Assembly (NCBI GenBank): GCA_046484585.1
Contig: JAWOIQ010000093.1
Location: forward strand, 909-64,908
DNA from: Desulfurivibrionaceae bacterium
GTDB taxonomy: Bacteria; Desulfobacterota; Desulfobulbia; Desulfobulbales; JAGXFP01
DNA: 64,000 bases
Direction of reading: 5' to 3'
This document shows, piece after piece, positions 35,731-45,409 of the stretch. How positions within the stretch are numbered: position 1 is the first letter of the stretch; the number at the start of each line of letters is the position of its first letter. The position numbers and the translations under genes were made by a program. Below the pieces are notes generated by a model. The model made no database searches and was not told the origin of the DNA. It saw only the letters and a program-made list of their open reading frames with translations.

Positions 35731-36710
35731 TGATGATTGCAATCCCGGGTAGGGCAAAACAGCGTCTGGTGGCGATAGTCGGCCCAACGGCGGTAGGGAA
35801 AACCGATCTGGTTCTTCGGCTTGCCGATGAGTTGCACGCGGAGATCGTCAATGTCGACTCGATGCAGGTTTACCGTTTTATGGACATCGGCACGGCCAAG
35901 CCTTCCCGGCAGGAACGGCAGGCAATCCCGCATCATCTCATCGATATCGCGGCTCCGGACGAGGAGTATAACGTTTGCCGTTACATGGATGACGCCGAAC
36001 GGGCCTGCGCCGATATATCCTCCCGCAGCAAAGTACCGTTACTTACCGGCGGCACCGGTCTCTATCTGAAGGGATTCCAGGAGGGCGTGTTCAGCCTGGC
36101 AGGCGAGCAACTCCCGGATAAAAATATTGAAGAATCGAAACTCAGAAAAAAACTGGAAAAAGAGCTGGCGGAGAAGGGGAGGGGCCATCTTTTCGATAGA
36201 CTGAAAAAATGCGACAGCGCTTCCGCGGCAAGAATTCACCCCAACGACACATACCGTCTTCTCCGGGCTCTCTTGATTTTCGAACAGACCGGGATTCCCT
36301 GGTCCGTTCATCTTGACCGCCAAAAACAGGAAGCCGAAAAAAAGTCTTTTCAGCGCCGTGAGATTTTTAAAATAGGCCTGATCAGGGATCGCGATCAGCT
36401 TTACGAAAGAATCAATCGGCGAACCGAAAAAATGTTTGAAGAAGGGCTGCTGGAAGAGGTGCAATCCCTTCTTGACCGGGGCTACGGTCCCGATCTTAAG
36501 CCCATGCAGTCAATCGGCTATCGCCATGCCGTAAAGGTGCTGGCCGGGGAGTGGGGCCGGGAAGAAGCGATACAGTTGATGGCCAGGGATACCCGGCGCT
36601 ATGCGAAGCGTCAGGCTACCTGGTTTAAAAAAGACCGGGAAATCAAATGGTTTAAGCCCCGACAGGGCGCCGAGATCGTGAATTTAATAAACGAATATTT
36701 GAAAGGTTAA
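35730..36710 (+). CDS. miaA: tRNA dimethylallyltransferase
   Basis: 326 aa with P-loop GPTAVGKT, NVDSMQVYRFMDIGTAKP, and QSIGYR. The start codon is uncertain: ATG 35730 lies in the R3 end, and an in-frame GTG in LVAIVG is also possible. Confidence 0.9.
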   Translation: MMIAIPGRAKQRLVAIVGPTAVGKTDLVLRLADELHAEIVNVDSMQVYRFMDIGTAKPSRQERQAIPHHLIDIAAPDEEYNVCRYMDDAERACADISSRSKVPLLTGGTGLYLKGFQEGVFSLAGEQLPDKNIEESKLRKKLEKELAEKGRGHLFDRLKKCDSASAARIHPNDTYRLLRALLIFEQTGIPWSVHLDRQKQEAEKKSFQRREIFKIGLIRDRDQLYERINRRTEKMFEEGLLEEVQSLLDRGYGPDLKPMQSIGYRHAVKVLAGEWGREEAIQLMARDTRRYAKRQATWFKKDREIKWFKPRQGAEIVNLINEYLKG

Positions 36711-36712
36711 CC

Positions 36713-37246
36713 ATGAATGTTCCCAACAGTATAACCTTGGTTCGAATTATTCTCGTTCCGATAATGCTCTATTTCCTTATCGAAGGAGATAAGCGCTCTG
36801 CCCTGATTGTCTTTGTGACTGCGGCCCTAAGCGACGGACTGGACGGTTTCTTCGCCAAGATATTACACCAGAAGACCAGGCTAGGCGCTTTCCTCGATCC
36901 GATTGCCGACAAACTTCTGCTCAGCACCTCTTTCATTGTCCTGGCCATTTTCGGCTTAGCTCCTACCTGGCTGGCGATCATGGCGGTCAGCCGCGATCTG
37001 CTAATTATTACCGGCATCGGCATCCTGGCATGGGACCACGATTTTCCAACCATCAAACCGACAATCGACGGTAAAATCACCACCTTCCTGCAGGTGCTGA
37101 CCATCGGTTTTCTGCTTAGCCAACATCTTATCGGCTCATACCAATGGCTATATTATCCCCTGATCACATCCACCGGTCTCTTTACCGCTATTTCGGGAAC
37201 GAGATACATGCTTATCGGCTTCCGCCTTCTTGATAACGTCAAATAA
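36713..37246 (+). CDS. pgsA: CDP-alcohol phosphatidyltransferase (PgsA-like)
   Basis: 177 aa, polytopic, with the motif DGLDGFFAK...LGAFLDPIADK. Confidence 0.8.
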   Translation: MNVPNSITLVRIILVPIMLYFLIEGDKRSALIVFVTAALSDGLDGFFAKILHQKTRLGAFLDPIADKLLLSTSFIVLAIFGLAPTWLAIMAVSRDLLIITGIGILAWDHDFPTIKPTIDGKITTFLQVLTIGFLLSQHLIGSYQWLYYPLITSTGLFTAISGTRYMLIGFRLLDNVK

Positions 37247-37298
37247 CCTCGAAAGAAGATGGGTTTGAGAGCTAAAAGTTAAAGTACATTCTACCTTT

Positions 37299-39038
37299 AT
37301 GCCAGCTATTCCCGATAAGAAGTGGTTAATCGAACCGATCGAACAGGGCGAAAAAATCGCCGGGGTTCCTGCCCTGATCTGCTCTCTGCTGGCCCAGCGG
37401 GGTGTCTTGGGGCGCGGGGATGTGGAGAAATTCCTTAATCCATCACTTGAACAATTGCCCGCGCCGACAGGCATGGCGGGGCTTGAAGAGGCGGTGGCTA
37501 TTCTCGCGCAGGTGGTAGTCGAGAAAAGTCAGGTGCTGATCTATGGCGATTACGATGCGGACGGAATAACCTCCACGGCCTTGCTGCTTTCCTTTTTCAA
37601 GGAGATCGGCCTTGCCTGTTCCTGGTATATTCCGGACCGGGCAACAGAAGGCTATGGCCTGAACCTTGCGGCGCTGCAAAAACTGCGGGCCGGGCTGCCC
37701 CAGGCGGACTCGCCGGATCCGCTCCTGATCACCGTTGATTGCGGTATCTCTTCCCATGCCGAAGTAGCGGAGGCCCGGCGCCTGGGCTTTAAAGTAATAA
37801 TCACCGACCATCATCGCCCGCCGGCCGAACTGCCGGAAGCCGAGGCGATCATAAACCCCCATCGAAAAGATTGCACTTTCCCGGAGAAAAATTTAGCCGG
37901 GGTCGGAGTGGCTTTTTATCTCCTGATTGGTTTACGGACCCGATTGACGGAACTGGGATATTGGCCCGCCGGCCGACAGCCGAACCTGAAAAGACATCTC
38001 GACCTGGTCGCCATCGGCACCATCGCCGACCTGGTTCCCTTAACCGGCGCCAATCGGATAATGGTAAAGGCGGGGCTGGAGGTACTGAGTAACAAGCCAA
38101 GACCCGGGCTCATGGCGATCCTGAAAAACGCGGGCATAACGGATATGCCGATCAGCGCGGATCAGATTGCCTTCCAGATCGCCCCCAGAATCAATGCGGC
38201 CGGCAGGGTGGCAAAAGCGGGCCTGGCTTTGGAAGTCCTGATGGCTGAAAACCAGGGGGAAGCTGCCGAACCGGCAAAGCTCCTTGAAAAAGCCAACAAT
38301 CACCGGAAGGAATTATCGGAAGAGATCTTCGGACAAGCCTGCCGTCAGGCGGAAATCCGCCTGGAAGAGGGCGGATCAACCCTGGTTCTGGCCGGCGAAA
38401 CCTGGCATGTCGGGGTTGTCGGCTTGATCGCCTCCAGGATAGCCGAGCGCTACCATCGGCCGACCGTGGTGTTGTCGTGTGACGAGGAAGGGCTGGCCAG
38501 AGGGTCGGCAAGGTCGGTTGGGAATCTCGATCTTCTGGAGAGAATCGAGGAATGCGCGGAACTGCTGGAAAAATACGGCGGCCATAAAGGGGCGGCCGGA
38601 CTGACCATCAAGTGCGACCTGATTGGGGCTTTTGCCGAGCGATTTGAAGCCTCTGTAAATCGCATAATGGAGGGAGCCGATCTACGGCCGGCCATATACG
38701 TAAACCTCAGGGCTTCGGTCAGCGAACTGATGGACCGGGATTTTCTTGAATTTTTTGAAAAACTCGAACCCTTCGGCAATGGCAATCCTGAACCTGTTTT
38801 CTGCAGCATGGAAGAAAATTTCTCCCTCGTGGAGCTGCAAAAGGTAGGCAAAAACTCATTGCGCTTCAGGGTAAACGACAACGGGACTCTGATCAAGGGG
38901 ATCGGTTTCGGCATGGCGGAGCTCTTGCCGATTATCAAGGATGTGCCGATCAGTCTGGCTTACAAGATCTTCAAGAATAAATTCCGCGGGCAAACCAACT
39001 GGGAGATCAGGGCGGAAGACATTAAAATTATTGACTAA
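37299..39038 (+). CDS. recJ: single-stranded-DNA-specific exonuclease RecJ
   Basis: 579 aa with DHH motifs IYGDYDADGITS, VDCG and ITDHH, plus the DHHA1 motif GGHKGAAG. Confidence 0.92.
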   Translation: MPAIPDKKWLIEPIEQGEKIAGVPALICSLLAQRGVLGRGDVEKFLNPSLEQLPAPTGMAGLEEAVAILAQVVVEKSQVLIYGDYDADGITSTALLLSFFKEIGLACSWYIPDRATEGYGLNLAALQKLRAGLPQADSPDPLLITVDCGISSHAEVAEARRLGFKVIITDHHRPPAELPEAEAIINPHRKDCTFPEKNLAGVGVAFYLLIGLRTRLTELGYWPAGRQPNLKRHLDLVAIGTIADLVPLTGANRIMVKAGLEVLSNKPRPGLMAILKNAGITDMPISADQIAFQIAPRINAAGRVAKAGLALEVLMAENQGEAAEPAKLLEKANNHRKELSEEIFGQACRQAEIRLEEGGSTLVLAGETWHVGVVGLIASRIAERYHRPTVVLSCDEEGLARGSARSVGNLDLLERIEECAELLEKYGGHKGAAGLTIKCDLIGAFAERFEASVNRIMEGADLRPAIYVNLRASVSELMDRDFLEFFEKLEPFGNGNPEPVFCSMEENFSLVELQKVGKNSLRFRVNDNGTLIKGIGFGMAELLPIIKDVPISLAYKIFKNKFRGQTNWEIRAEDIKIID

Positions 39039-39236
39039 GCTATTGTATTCAGGTTGTTCTGGCTTTACTATACATAATATATATTATGCGACATAGTCAC
39101 GACCTGCCGAGAATCGGTTATTCGGGCCATCAAACCATCAAACCACGCGATAGCCGATTATCCCGTTAATCCGAGCATTTCTTTTTTAATTTTGGTAAAG
39201 AATTCAACCATAAATATATAGTCTAGGAGCAACTGA

Positions 39237-40682
39237 ATGAACCGAGATATTTACCAGGAACCCCTGGTCGGACGTTATACCAACCGGGAAATGCAGGAAG
39301 TTTTTTCGGAGAAAAACCGGATTGAAACCTGGCGGCGCTGCTGGATCGCCCTTGCCGAGGCCCAGTACGAATTGGGCCTGAGCGACATTGTTAAACCGGA
39401 GATGATCGCCGAGCTCAAGGAGCACGCCACGGATATCGATTTCGAGACTGCCGCCGCCAAGGAAAAAGAGATACGCCATGATGTCATGGCCCACGTTTAC
39501 GCCTATGGACAGAAATGTCCCGCGGCCGAGGGAATTATTCACCTGGGGGCAACCTCGCAGTTTGTCGGCTGCAACACCGACCTTATTCTCCAGAAACAAG
39601 CCCTGGGACTGATAAAAAAAGCATTGGTGAACGTTATCGCCAATCTCGCCGGGTTTTGCCGTAAGCACAAGGAGCTGGCCACCCTCGGTTATACCCATTA
39701 CCAGCCGGCCCAGCCCACAACCGTCGGCAAGCGCCACACCCTTTATATCCAGGATCTCCTGATCGATCTGGATTATATTGAAAATCTTGAGCCGCAAATC
39801 AAGGCCCGCGGCGCCAAGGGCACAGTCGGCACCCAAGCCACCTTCCTGGAGCTGTTCAAAGGCGACCACGATAAAGTTAGAGCGCTGGACAAACTAGTTT
39901 CCGCAAAGCTCGGTTTTAGCGATGTTTTTGCGGTTACCGGTCAGACCTATACCCGGAAGCTGGACATGAAGACCGCTGAAACCCTGGCCGGGATCGGCGC
40001 CTCTGCCCACAAATTCGCCGTCGATCTCAGACTGCTCTCAAACCTCAAGGTCCAGGAGGAGCCTTTCGCGAAAAAACAGGTCGGCAGTTCAGCCATGGCC
40101 TATAAGAGAAATCCGATGCGTTCCGAGCGCATGACGGGACTGTCGCGCAAGCTCATGGGCTTGACCGCCGATTTCGCCGCCACCTACGCCAATCAATGGT
40201 TCGAAAGAACCCTCGATGACTCGGCAATCAGGCGGATGGATATCCCCCAGGCCTTTTTGTTAAGCGACGCAGTCTTAAAGTTATACCTTAATATCACGTC
40301 TGATATGGTTGTATTTCCTAATCAAATCAGAAAACATCTTATGCAGGAGCTGCCTTTCATGGCAACCGAAAAGATCCTGATGGCCAGCGTCGAACGCGGC
40401 AAGAGCCGTCAGGAGATGCACGAGGTCGTCAAGGTCCACTCCCTTGAAGCAGGACGGGTCGTCAAGGAAGAAGGCCGCGATAACGACCTGCTTGACCGAT
40501 TGGCCAAGGACGATGCCATCCCCTTCTCCCTGGACGAATTACTTGAACTGGTCGGTGACGGCAGTCAGTTTTCCGGCCGGGCCTCCGCCCAAACCGATGA
40601 GTTCCTGGACGAGGTCGTCATGCCGCGCCTTGAAAAGCACAAGGATTTACTGGGCAAGATGGACAGCACCCTCTCGGTTTGA
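39237..40682 (+). CDS. purB: adenylosuccinate lyase
   Basis: 481 aa with the fumarate-lyase signature GSSAMAYKRNP. TAGGAG RBS. Confidence 0.92.
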   Translation: MNRDIYQEPLVGRYTNREMQEVFSEKNRIETWRRCWIALAEAQYELGLSDIVKPEMIAELKEHATDIDFETAAAKEKEIRHDVMAHVYAYGQKCPAAEGIIHLGATSQFVGCNTDLILQKQALGLIKKALVNVIANLAGFCRKHKELATLGYTHYQPAQPTTVGKRHTLYIQDLLIDLDYIENLEPQIKARGAKGTVGTQATFLELFKGDHDKVRALDKLVSAKLGFSDVFAVTGQTYTRKLDMKTAETLAGIGASAHKFAVDLRLLSNLKVQEEPFAKKQVGSSAMAYKRNPMRSERMTGLSRKLMGLTADFAATYANQWFERTLDDSAIRRMDIPQAFLLSDAVLKLYLNITSDMVVFPNQIRKHLMQELPFMATEKILMASVERGKSRQEMHEVVKVHSLEAGRVVKEEGRDNDLLDRLAKDDAIPFSLDELLELVGDGSQFSGRASAQTDEFLDEVVMPRLEKHKDLLGKMDSTLSV

Positions 40683-40684
40683 AA

Positions 40685-40921
40685 ATGAATCGTAAACCCG
40701 CGACATTATCGGTCCTGTTTGCCCGGATACCTATCTCCAGGGTCGCTTTTTTAAAATTTATCCTTGAGGGTTACGACGGTCTTGCAGGGCTGACCACTAT
40801 CGATCGAAAAAATGGACTGGTGGCCATCTCCTGTTTCCCCGATTGTCGTGAGGAACTGGTTGCCCTGCTTGATTCCCTGCATATTTCGACATTAGACAAA
40901 CCTACAAATCACTTTAACTAA
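40685..40921 (+). CDS. small conserved protein (DUF4911-like)
   Basis: The track start 40679 is TTG; ATG 40685 is preferred. LFARIPISRVAFLKFILEGYDGLAGLTTID. The family assignment is from memory. Confidence 0.55.
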   Translation: MNRKPATLSVLFARIPISRVAFLKFILEGYDGLAGLTTIDRKNGLVAISCFPDCREELVALLDSLHISTLDKPTNHFN

Positions 40922-40952
40922 AGAAATCAAGATAACGATTTAACATTTCTAT

Positions 40953-42293
40953 ATGATCAGCTCTAAAAAAATCGCCTATATCGAAACCTTCGGCTGCCAG
41001 ATGAACGAGCGTGACACGGAGATCATGGCCCAGCTTCTGGGCCGGGACGGCTACGAGGTAACCGATGATCTCGACCGGGCCAACCTGGTGGTGGTAAACA
41101 CTTGCAGCATCAGGGGAAAAGCAGAGCAAAAGGCCATGAGTCTGCTCGGCCGTCTTAAGCATTCCAAAAGAAAAAATCCCGGCCTGATGGTCGCGGTCAC
41201 CGGTTGCGTTGCCCAGCAGGAAGGGCGCAATATTCAGGAACGCATGGCTCACGTCGATTTGGTGGTCGGGCCTCAGTCCATTTATCGTTTACCGGAATTG
41301 ATTGATTCGATCCGGACCAGCGGTGAAAAAAGAACTGCCATCGACCAGGTCGCATCCTTTGCCATCCCTTCCCTGCTGCCCGATTCAAAGAGGACTCCCC
41401 TGCTCCATAAACGTTTTGTTACGATCATGCAGGGTTGCAATAATTTCTGCACCTACTGCGTGGTGCCTTATACCAGAGGTCGGGAAGTGAGCCGTCCCCC
41501 GGACGATATCATCGACGAAGTTAAACATCTGGTCGCGAACAATGTCCGCGAAATCACTCTGCTCGGGCAAAACGTCAATTCCTACGGCCAGGACCGCGAT
41601 GGTCGAGATTATCCCGACTTTCCCACTCTGTTAAGGAAAGTCGCCGAAATTCCCGGGGTTGCGCGATTGCGCTTCACCACCTCAAACCCCAAGGATCTTT
41701 CCGAAGAACTGATGGAATGTTTTGCCGAACTGGATAATCTCTCTCCCCACTTCCATCTGCCGGTGCAGTCCGGCTCCGACGCGGTTCTCAAAAGGATGAA
41801 CCGCAAATACGGAATCTGCCAATATCTGGAAAAGATCGATGGGTTGCGCCGCTATTGCCCCGAGATTGCCATCACCACCGACATTATCGTCGGCTTCCCC
41901 GGCGAGAGTGACGAAGATTTCGCCGCCACCATGGTTCTTCTGGAAAAAGTCCGCTACGATGGGGCTTACTCCTTTAAATATTCCGACCGGCCCGGGACGG
42001 TCTCCGCCGGTTTCGACGACAAGGTTCCCGAAGAGGTCAAAAGCGACCGGTTGCGCCGTTTACAGGCCAGGCAGCAGGAAATAACCACCGAACGATATCG
42101 TGACTGCCTCGGTCACATTATGGAGATCATGGTTGAAGGAGAAAGCCGGAACGGCGAAGGCCAGTGGAGCGGCCGGACCGGCTCGAACCTGATTGTCAAT
42201 TTTACCGGCAACCCCACTCTGCAACCCGGCCAGATCCTGAAAGTCCGGATCGACGAAGCCTGTCAACACTCCTTGCGGGGCAGTCTGATTTAG
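40953..42293 (+). CDS. miaB: tRNA-i6A37 methylthiotransferase
   Basis: 446 aa with the UPF0004 N-domain (TFGCQMN), radical SAM CNNFCTYC and a TRAM C-terminus. Confidence 0.92.
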   Translation: MISSKKIAYIETFGCQMNERDTEIMAQLLGRDGYEVTDDLDRANLVVVNTCSIRGKAEQKAMSLLGRLKHSKRKNPGLMVAVTGCVAQQEGRNIQERMAHVDLVVGPQSIYRLPELIDSIRTSGEKRTAIDQVASFAIPSLLPDSKRTPLLHKRFVTIMQGCNNFCTYCVVPYTRGREVSRPPDDIIDEVKHLVANNVREITLLGQNVNSYGQDRDGRDYPDFPTLLRKVAEIPGVARLRFTTSNPKDLSEELMECFAELDNLSPHFHLPVQSGSDAVLKRMNRKYGICQYLEKIDGLRRYCPEIAITTDIIVGFPGESDEDFAATMVLLEKVRYDGAYSFKYSDRPGTVSAGFDDKVPEEVKSDRLRRLQARQQEITTERYRDCLGHIMEIMVEGESRNGEGQWSGRTGSNLIVNFTGNPTLQPGQILKVRIDEACQHSLRGSLI

Positions 42294-42337
42294 CGTAAAC
42301 GATCACAGGGCGCCGGATCTGCTGTGTTATCGGTTAC
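42293..42337 (+). repeat. R4 short repeat, copy 2
   Basis: GCGTAAACGATCACAGGGCGCCGGATCTGCTGTGTTATCGGTTAC, starting at the miaB stop codon (42293). Confidence 0.7.
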
Positions 42338-42399
42338 GATTTAGCGTATCTTTTTGCTTCCAGCGGCGGTTTTGAGTAACTAAAAAAGAGGATATCTCT

Positions 42400-43044
42400 A
42401 TGATTGATCTGCACACTCATACTTTTTTCAGTGACGGGGAACTGGTTCCGGCCGAGCATCTCCGCCGGGTGGAAGTCATGGGCTATGAAGCCGTGGCGAT
42501 CACCGACCACGCCGATTCCTCGAATATGGATTGGATCATTCCCCGAATTGTCCGGGCCGCCGAGGACCTGAATCGACATTCGAAAACCAGGTTGATCCCC
42601 GGCATTGAGCTTACCCATGTGCCGCCCGAAATGTTGGCTGGTCTGACCGCCAAAGCCAGGGAACTGGGGGCCTTGATAGTGGTTGCCCACGGCGAAACCC
42701 CGGTGGAACCGGTCAGGCCGGGAACCAACCGGGCGTCCATCGAGGCGGGAGTCGATGTCCTCTCCCATCCAGGTTTCATCACCCTGGAAGAGGCCGGACT
42801 CGCCGCTCGAAATGGGGTTTTTCTGGAACTTTCCGGGCGCAAGGGTCATTCGCTAACCAATGGCCATGTGGCCAGAATTGCCTTGGAAACCGAAGCCCTG
42901 CTGGCCGTTAACGCCGACGCCCACGGCCCCGGTGATTTCCTGACCGCCAAAATGGCCGAGACCGTCGCCCTTGGTGCAGGTCTCAGTCAGGCGAGATATC
43001 GGCAGATCAGAAGTGATATGGCCGAAAGGGCCGCCAGGGTTTGA
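42400..43044 (+). CDS. PHP-domain phosphoesterase (histidinol-phosphatase-like)
   Basis: 214 aa. MIDLHTHTFFSDG, ITDHAD and HGE metal-ligand motifs. Confidence 0.8.
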   Translation: MIDLHTHTFFSDGELVPAEHLRRVEVMGYEAVAITDHADSSNMDWIIPRIVRAAEDLNRHSKTRLIPGIELTHVPPEMLAGLTAKARELGALIVVAHGETPVEPVRPGTNRASIEAGVDVLSHPGFITLEEAGLAARNGVFLELSGRKGHSLTNGHVARIALETEALLAVNADAHGPGDFLTAKMAETVALGAGLSQARYRQIRSDMAERAARV

Positions 43045-43102
43045 AGATCTCGGGGAGGTGTCTCCCCTGAATGGTCAGACATCTAGTACCTGGCGGAGTT
43101 GT

Positions 43103-44467
43103 TCAAATCCGGTATTTTTTGATTTTTTTGTAGAGGGTATCCCGGGAAATCCCCAGGATTTTAGCAGCCTTCAGCTTAACCCCGTTCGACTGTTCCAGGG
43201 CCTTGACTATTTGACGCTTCTCCATCTCTTCCATGGACCAAACCTGATCGGGATTAATGCGCATGGTCTCGGAACCGATTTCTTCAGAGGTCAATGGAAG
43301 ATCCGCCGCACTTAACACCGAGCCGTTGCTTCGGAGCACGGCATTTCGAAGGACTCTCTTCAGCTCACTAACATTGTCCGGCCATTCGGCTGCGATCAGC
43401 ATTCTCTCGGCATCGGCTGAGAGCTTCTTGACGCCAGCCTTATACTTCTTGGCATATTGACCCAGGAAAAAATTTGCCAGCGGGATTATATCTTCTTTCC
43501 TTTCCCTGAGCGGCGGAATATTTAAGGTGATACAAGCCAACCGCTGATAGAGATCTCCCAGGAATTCGCCGTTTTCCATCATGGTCATAAGATCCCGGTT
43601 CGTCGCGGAAACCAATCTCAAGCTTATTTCTCTTTGCTTGGTATCACCGGGCCTGGTCACTTTACGATCTTCCATAAACCTGAGAAGCCTGGCCTGCAGG
43701 GCCAAACTCATATCGCCTATTTCGTCAAGAAACAAAGTGCCGTTACCGGCCAGCTCCAACTTGCCCGGTTTATTCCGGGCGTTTTGAGACTCCCCATTGC
43801 CGGAGCCGAACAGCTCTCTTTCGAAAAATACTTCCGGAAAAGCCGAGCCGTTAAAGGGCACAAAATCTCCATCGTTTTCCGACAAGTCGTGTAAAGTCCG
43901 GGAGACTATCTCTTTACCGGTCCCTGGTTCACCTGCCAACAAAACCGGCACATTGATCTTGCTTATCTCCTTGAGATCCATGAAAACGGTGAGCATCGTC
44001 TCGTTTTCGACGATAATTCCAGCTTCCAGCAACTCCCTTTTCAGTTTAAATTTTTCCTCCAGGGATTGGTGGGAGGTCGAGGTGCATATCGTCTTGTCGT
44101 CATCACGATAGAGGGCTTCAACCTTTTTTACCCTCTTTTTGCTGGCGTTCGGCTCTTTTTGATCACGTCCGGCTGAACTGTCAATGAAGGTAAAAGAGTA
44201 ATCATTAATTGTGAATTTCAGCCCGTCGGCAAGAAAACACTCCTTGACCGGCTTCCCTTTAATATAAGTGCCGTTGCTGCTGGTATCCAGGAGGACATAG
44301 CCACCTCCCCTTTTGGCACGGATATACATATGGTTGCGTGAAATAGAGGAGTCGTCGTGATCACAAAGGATGATGTCATTGTCCCCTCCCCTTCCGATCT
44401 TGATTTCCGAGGAAAATCTGAATATTTTATGATTTTTATTGGCCTTTTCGACAATAAGATACGGCAT
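43103..44467 (-). CDS. sigma-54-dependent transcriptional activator with N-terminal FHA domain
   Basis: The track ORF runs to 44557. ATG 44467 is preferred because GAAGGAG lies 5 nt upstream. FHA domain (IGRGGDNDIIL...SRNH), AAA+ domain (GEPGTGKE, GAFTG-type region ESELFG-like, DEIGDM) and a C-terminal Fis HTH. Confidence 0.88.
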   Translation of the reverse strand: MPYLIVEKANKNHKIFRFSSEIKIGRGGDNDIILCDHDDSSISRNHMYIRAKRGGGYVLLDTSSNGTYIKGKPVKECFLADGLKFTINDYSFTFIDSSAGRDQKEPNASKKRVKKVEALYRDDDKTICTSTSHQSLEEKFKLKRELLEAGIIVENETMLTVFMDLKEISKINVPVLLAGEPGTGKEIVSRTLHDLSENDGDFVPFNGSAFPEVFFERELFGSGNGESQNARNKPGKLELAGNGTLFLDEIGDMSLALQARLLRFMEDRKVTRPGDTKQREISLRLVSATNRDLMTMMENGEFLGDLYQRLACITLNIPPLRERKEDIIPLANFFLGQYAKKYKAGVKKLSADAERMLIAAEWPDNVSELKRVLRNAVLRSNGSVLSAADLPLTSEEIGSETMRINPDQVWSMEEMEKRQIVKALEQSNGVKLKAAKILGISRDTLYKKIKKYRI

Positions 44468-44534
44468 GGCTGCTCCTTCTAACAAGTGCCCGTCCATAAA
44501 TGGTCTTTTTGCCCGATAACTTCGTCGCTGCAGA

Positions 44535-44578
44535 GTCGGAAAGTGCTCACGTACCAAAGTACGTTGCGCTTTTCCGAC
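44535..44578. other. 44 nt extended hairpin upstream of the FHA/sigma-54 activator gene
   Basis: GTCGGAAAGTGC..ACGTAC [CAAA] GTACGT..GCGCTTTTCCGAC. A 12 bp outer helix with one bulged T, plus a 6 bp inner helix. Confidence 0.5.
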
Positions 44579-44835
44579 ATCCTTGCTTCTCGTTCTCGGA
44601 CAAAAATCCTCATTTCTGGACAGACACTAACTGATACCAGAAACGACCCGGCAATACTACTAATCAAAGATAGGAATAAAGCATAATTACCCGTCAAAAT
44701 CAATATTAACCGTCACCCTGGAACGGAAATCTGGCTAACCACCCGGTTAACATCGGCCAGACATCAAAGGCCACGAGGATTATTCTCGGCACAACGACAA
44801 GCCCCCGCCTTTTTCTCCGCCATTATTTTTTTCAT

Positions 44836-45055
44836 CCTGAATCCGTGAGCGTTCGAGAACGGTGCAGATGCAAGGCGGCAACGATGTTGATAATACTAAT
44901 GGTATATCAACGAGTTGCCAACACGGCAGATGCGCCGTTATCGGGCGCCCCGCAGGGCGGCGGGGTGAACCATGTCAATCCAGGGAAAAACGATTATCTA
45001 ATGCAATTACAAACTGATAAAGTGAAATTCACCACGAAGCCGTCACGGATTCAGG
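44836..45055 (+). mobile_element. R3 MITE-like element, copy B (220 bp) carrying a nested 54 bp insertion
   Basis: Same TIRs as copy A (CCTGAATCCGTGA / TCACGGATTCAGG) and collinear with copy A except for the insertion at 44872-44925. Confidence 0.75.
44872..44925 (+). mobile_element. 54 bp hairpin mini-element nested in R3 copy B, flanked by 8 bp direct duplication GCAGATGC
   Basis: GCAGATGC occurs at 44864-44871 and 44926-44933 but only once in copy A. Insert ends are GGCAACGATGTTGATA ... TATCAACGAGTTGCC (imperfect inverted repeat). Confidence 0.65.
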
Positions 45056-45151
45056 TTCATGATCAGGGATTGCCTGTTCTCCTGGTAATCGTCGCGAATA
45101 TCCTTTTCGGTATAGCCGAAACAATAACAAACAAGAGCATTATCCATGGTG

Positions 45152-45346
45152 TCATTCCTCTGGCTGGTCTGGCTCGGATCCTTGTTTGGCCGGCCGATCA
45201 TCGCCAAAAAGATATCCAAGTCCCGAACATTCGAGACACTCTTCGCTGGAGACCAGAAATCTGCTTACCCCTTTAAAGAAACTTACCTGTCCCGAGCCCC
45301 CACAGCACGGGCAGAGAATCTTCAGGTCTTTCTCTGTATCGGACAT
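45152..45346 (-). CDS. small DnaJ-type zinc-finger protein (64 aa)
   Basis: CPCCGGSG...CLECSGLG, two CxxCxGxG knuckles. Same strand as and downstream of the DUF2905 gene. Confidence 0.5.
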   Translation of the reverse strand: MSDTEKDLKILCPCCGGSGQVSFFKGVSRFLVSSEECLECSGLGYLFGDDRPAKQGSEPDQPEE

Positions 45347-45409
45347 CAGTTGATTTTAATCGAGACCGGCAACAATGCCAAGCGGTTAGAGGAGGATCTG
45401 GTTTATTTA

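Noticed and set aside
43052-43067. The GGGGAG-GTGT-CTCCCC hairpin between the convergent PHP gene and the sigma-54 activator gene as a bidirectional terminator.
   Set aside because: The stem is only 6 bp and there is no T- or A-tract on either side. It is plausible but not strong enough to list as a feature.
44845-45276. A 143 aa ORF on the plus strand.
   Set aside because: It runs straight through the R3 MITE-like element, including the nested insertion, and overlaps the minus-strand zinc-finger ORF. The equivalent frame is not open in R3 copy A.
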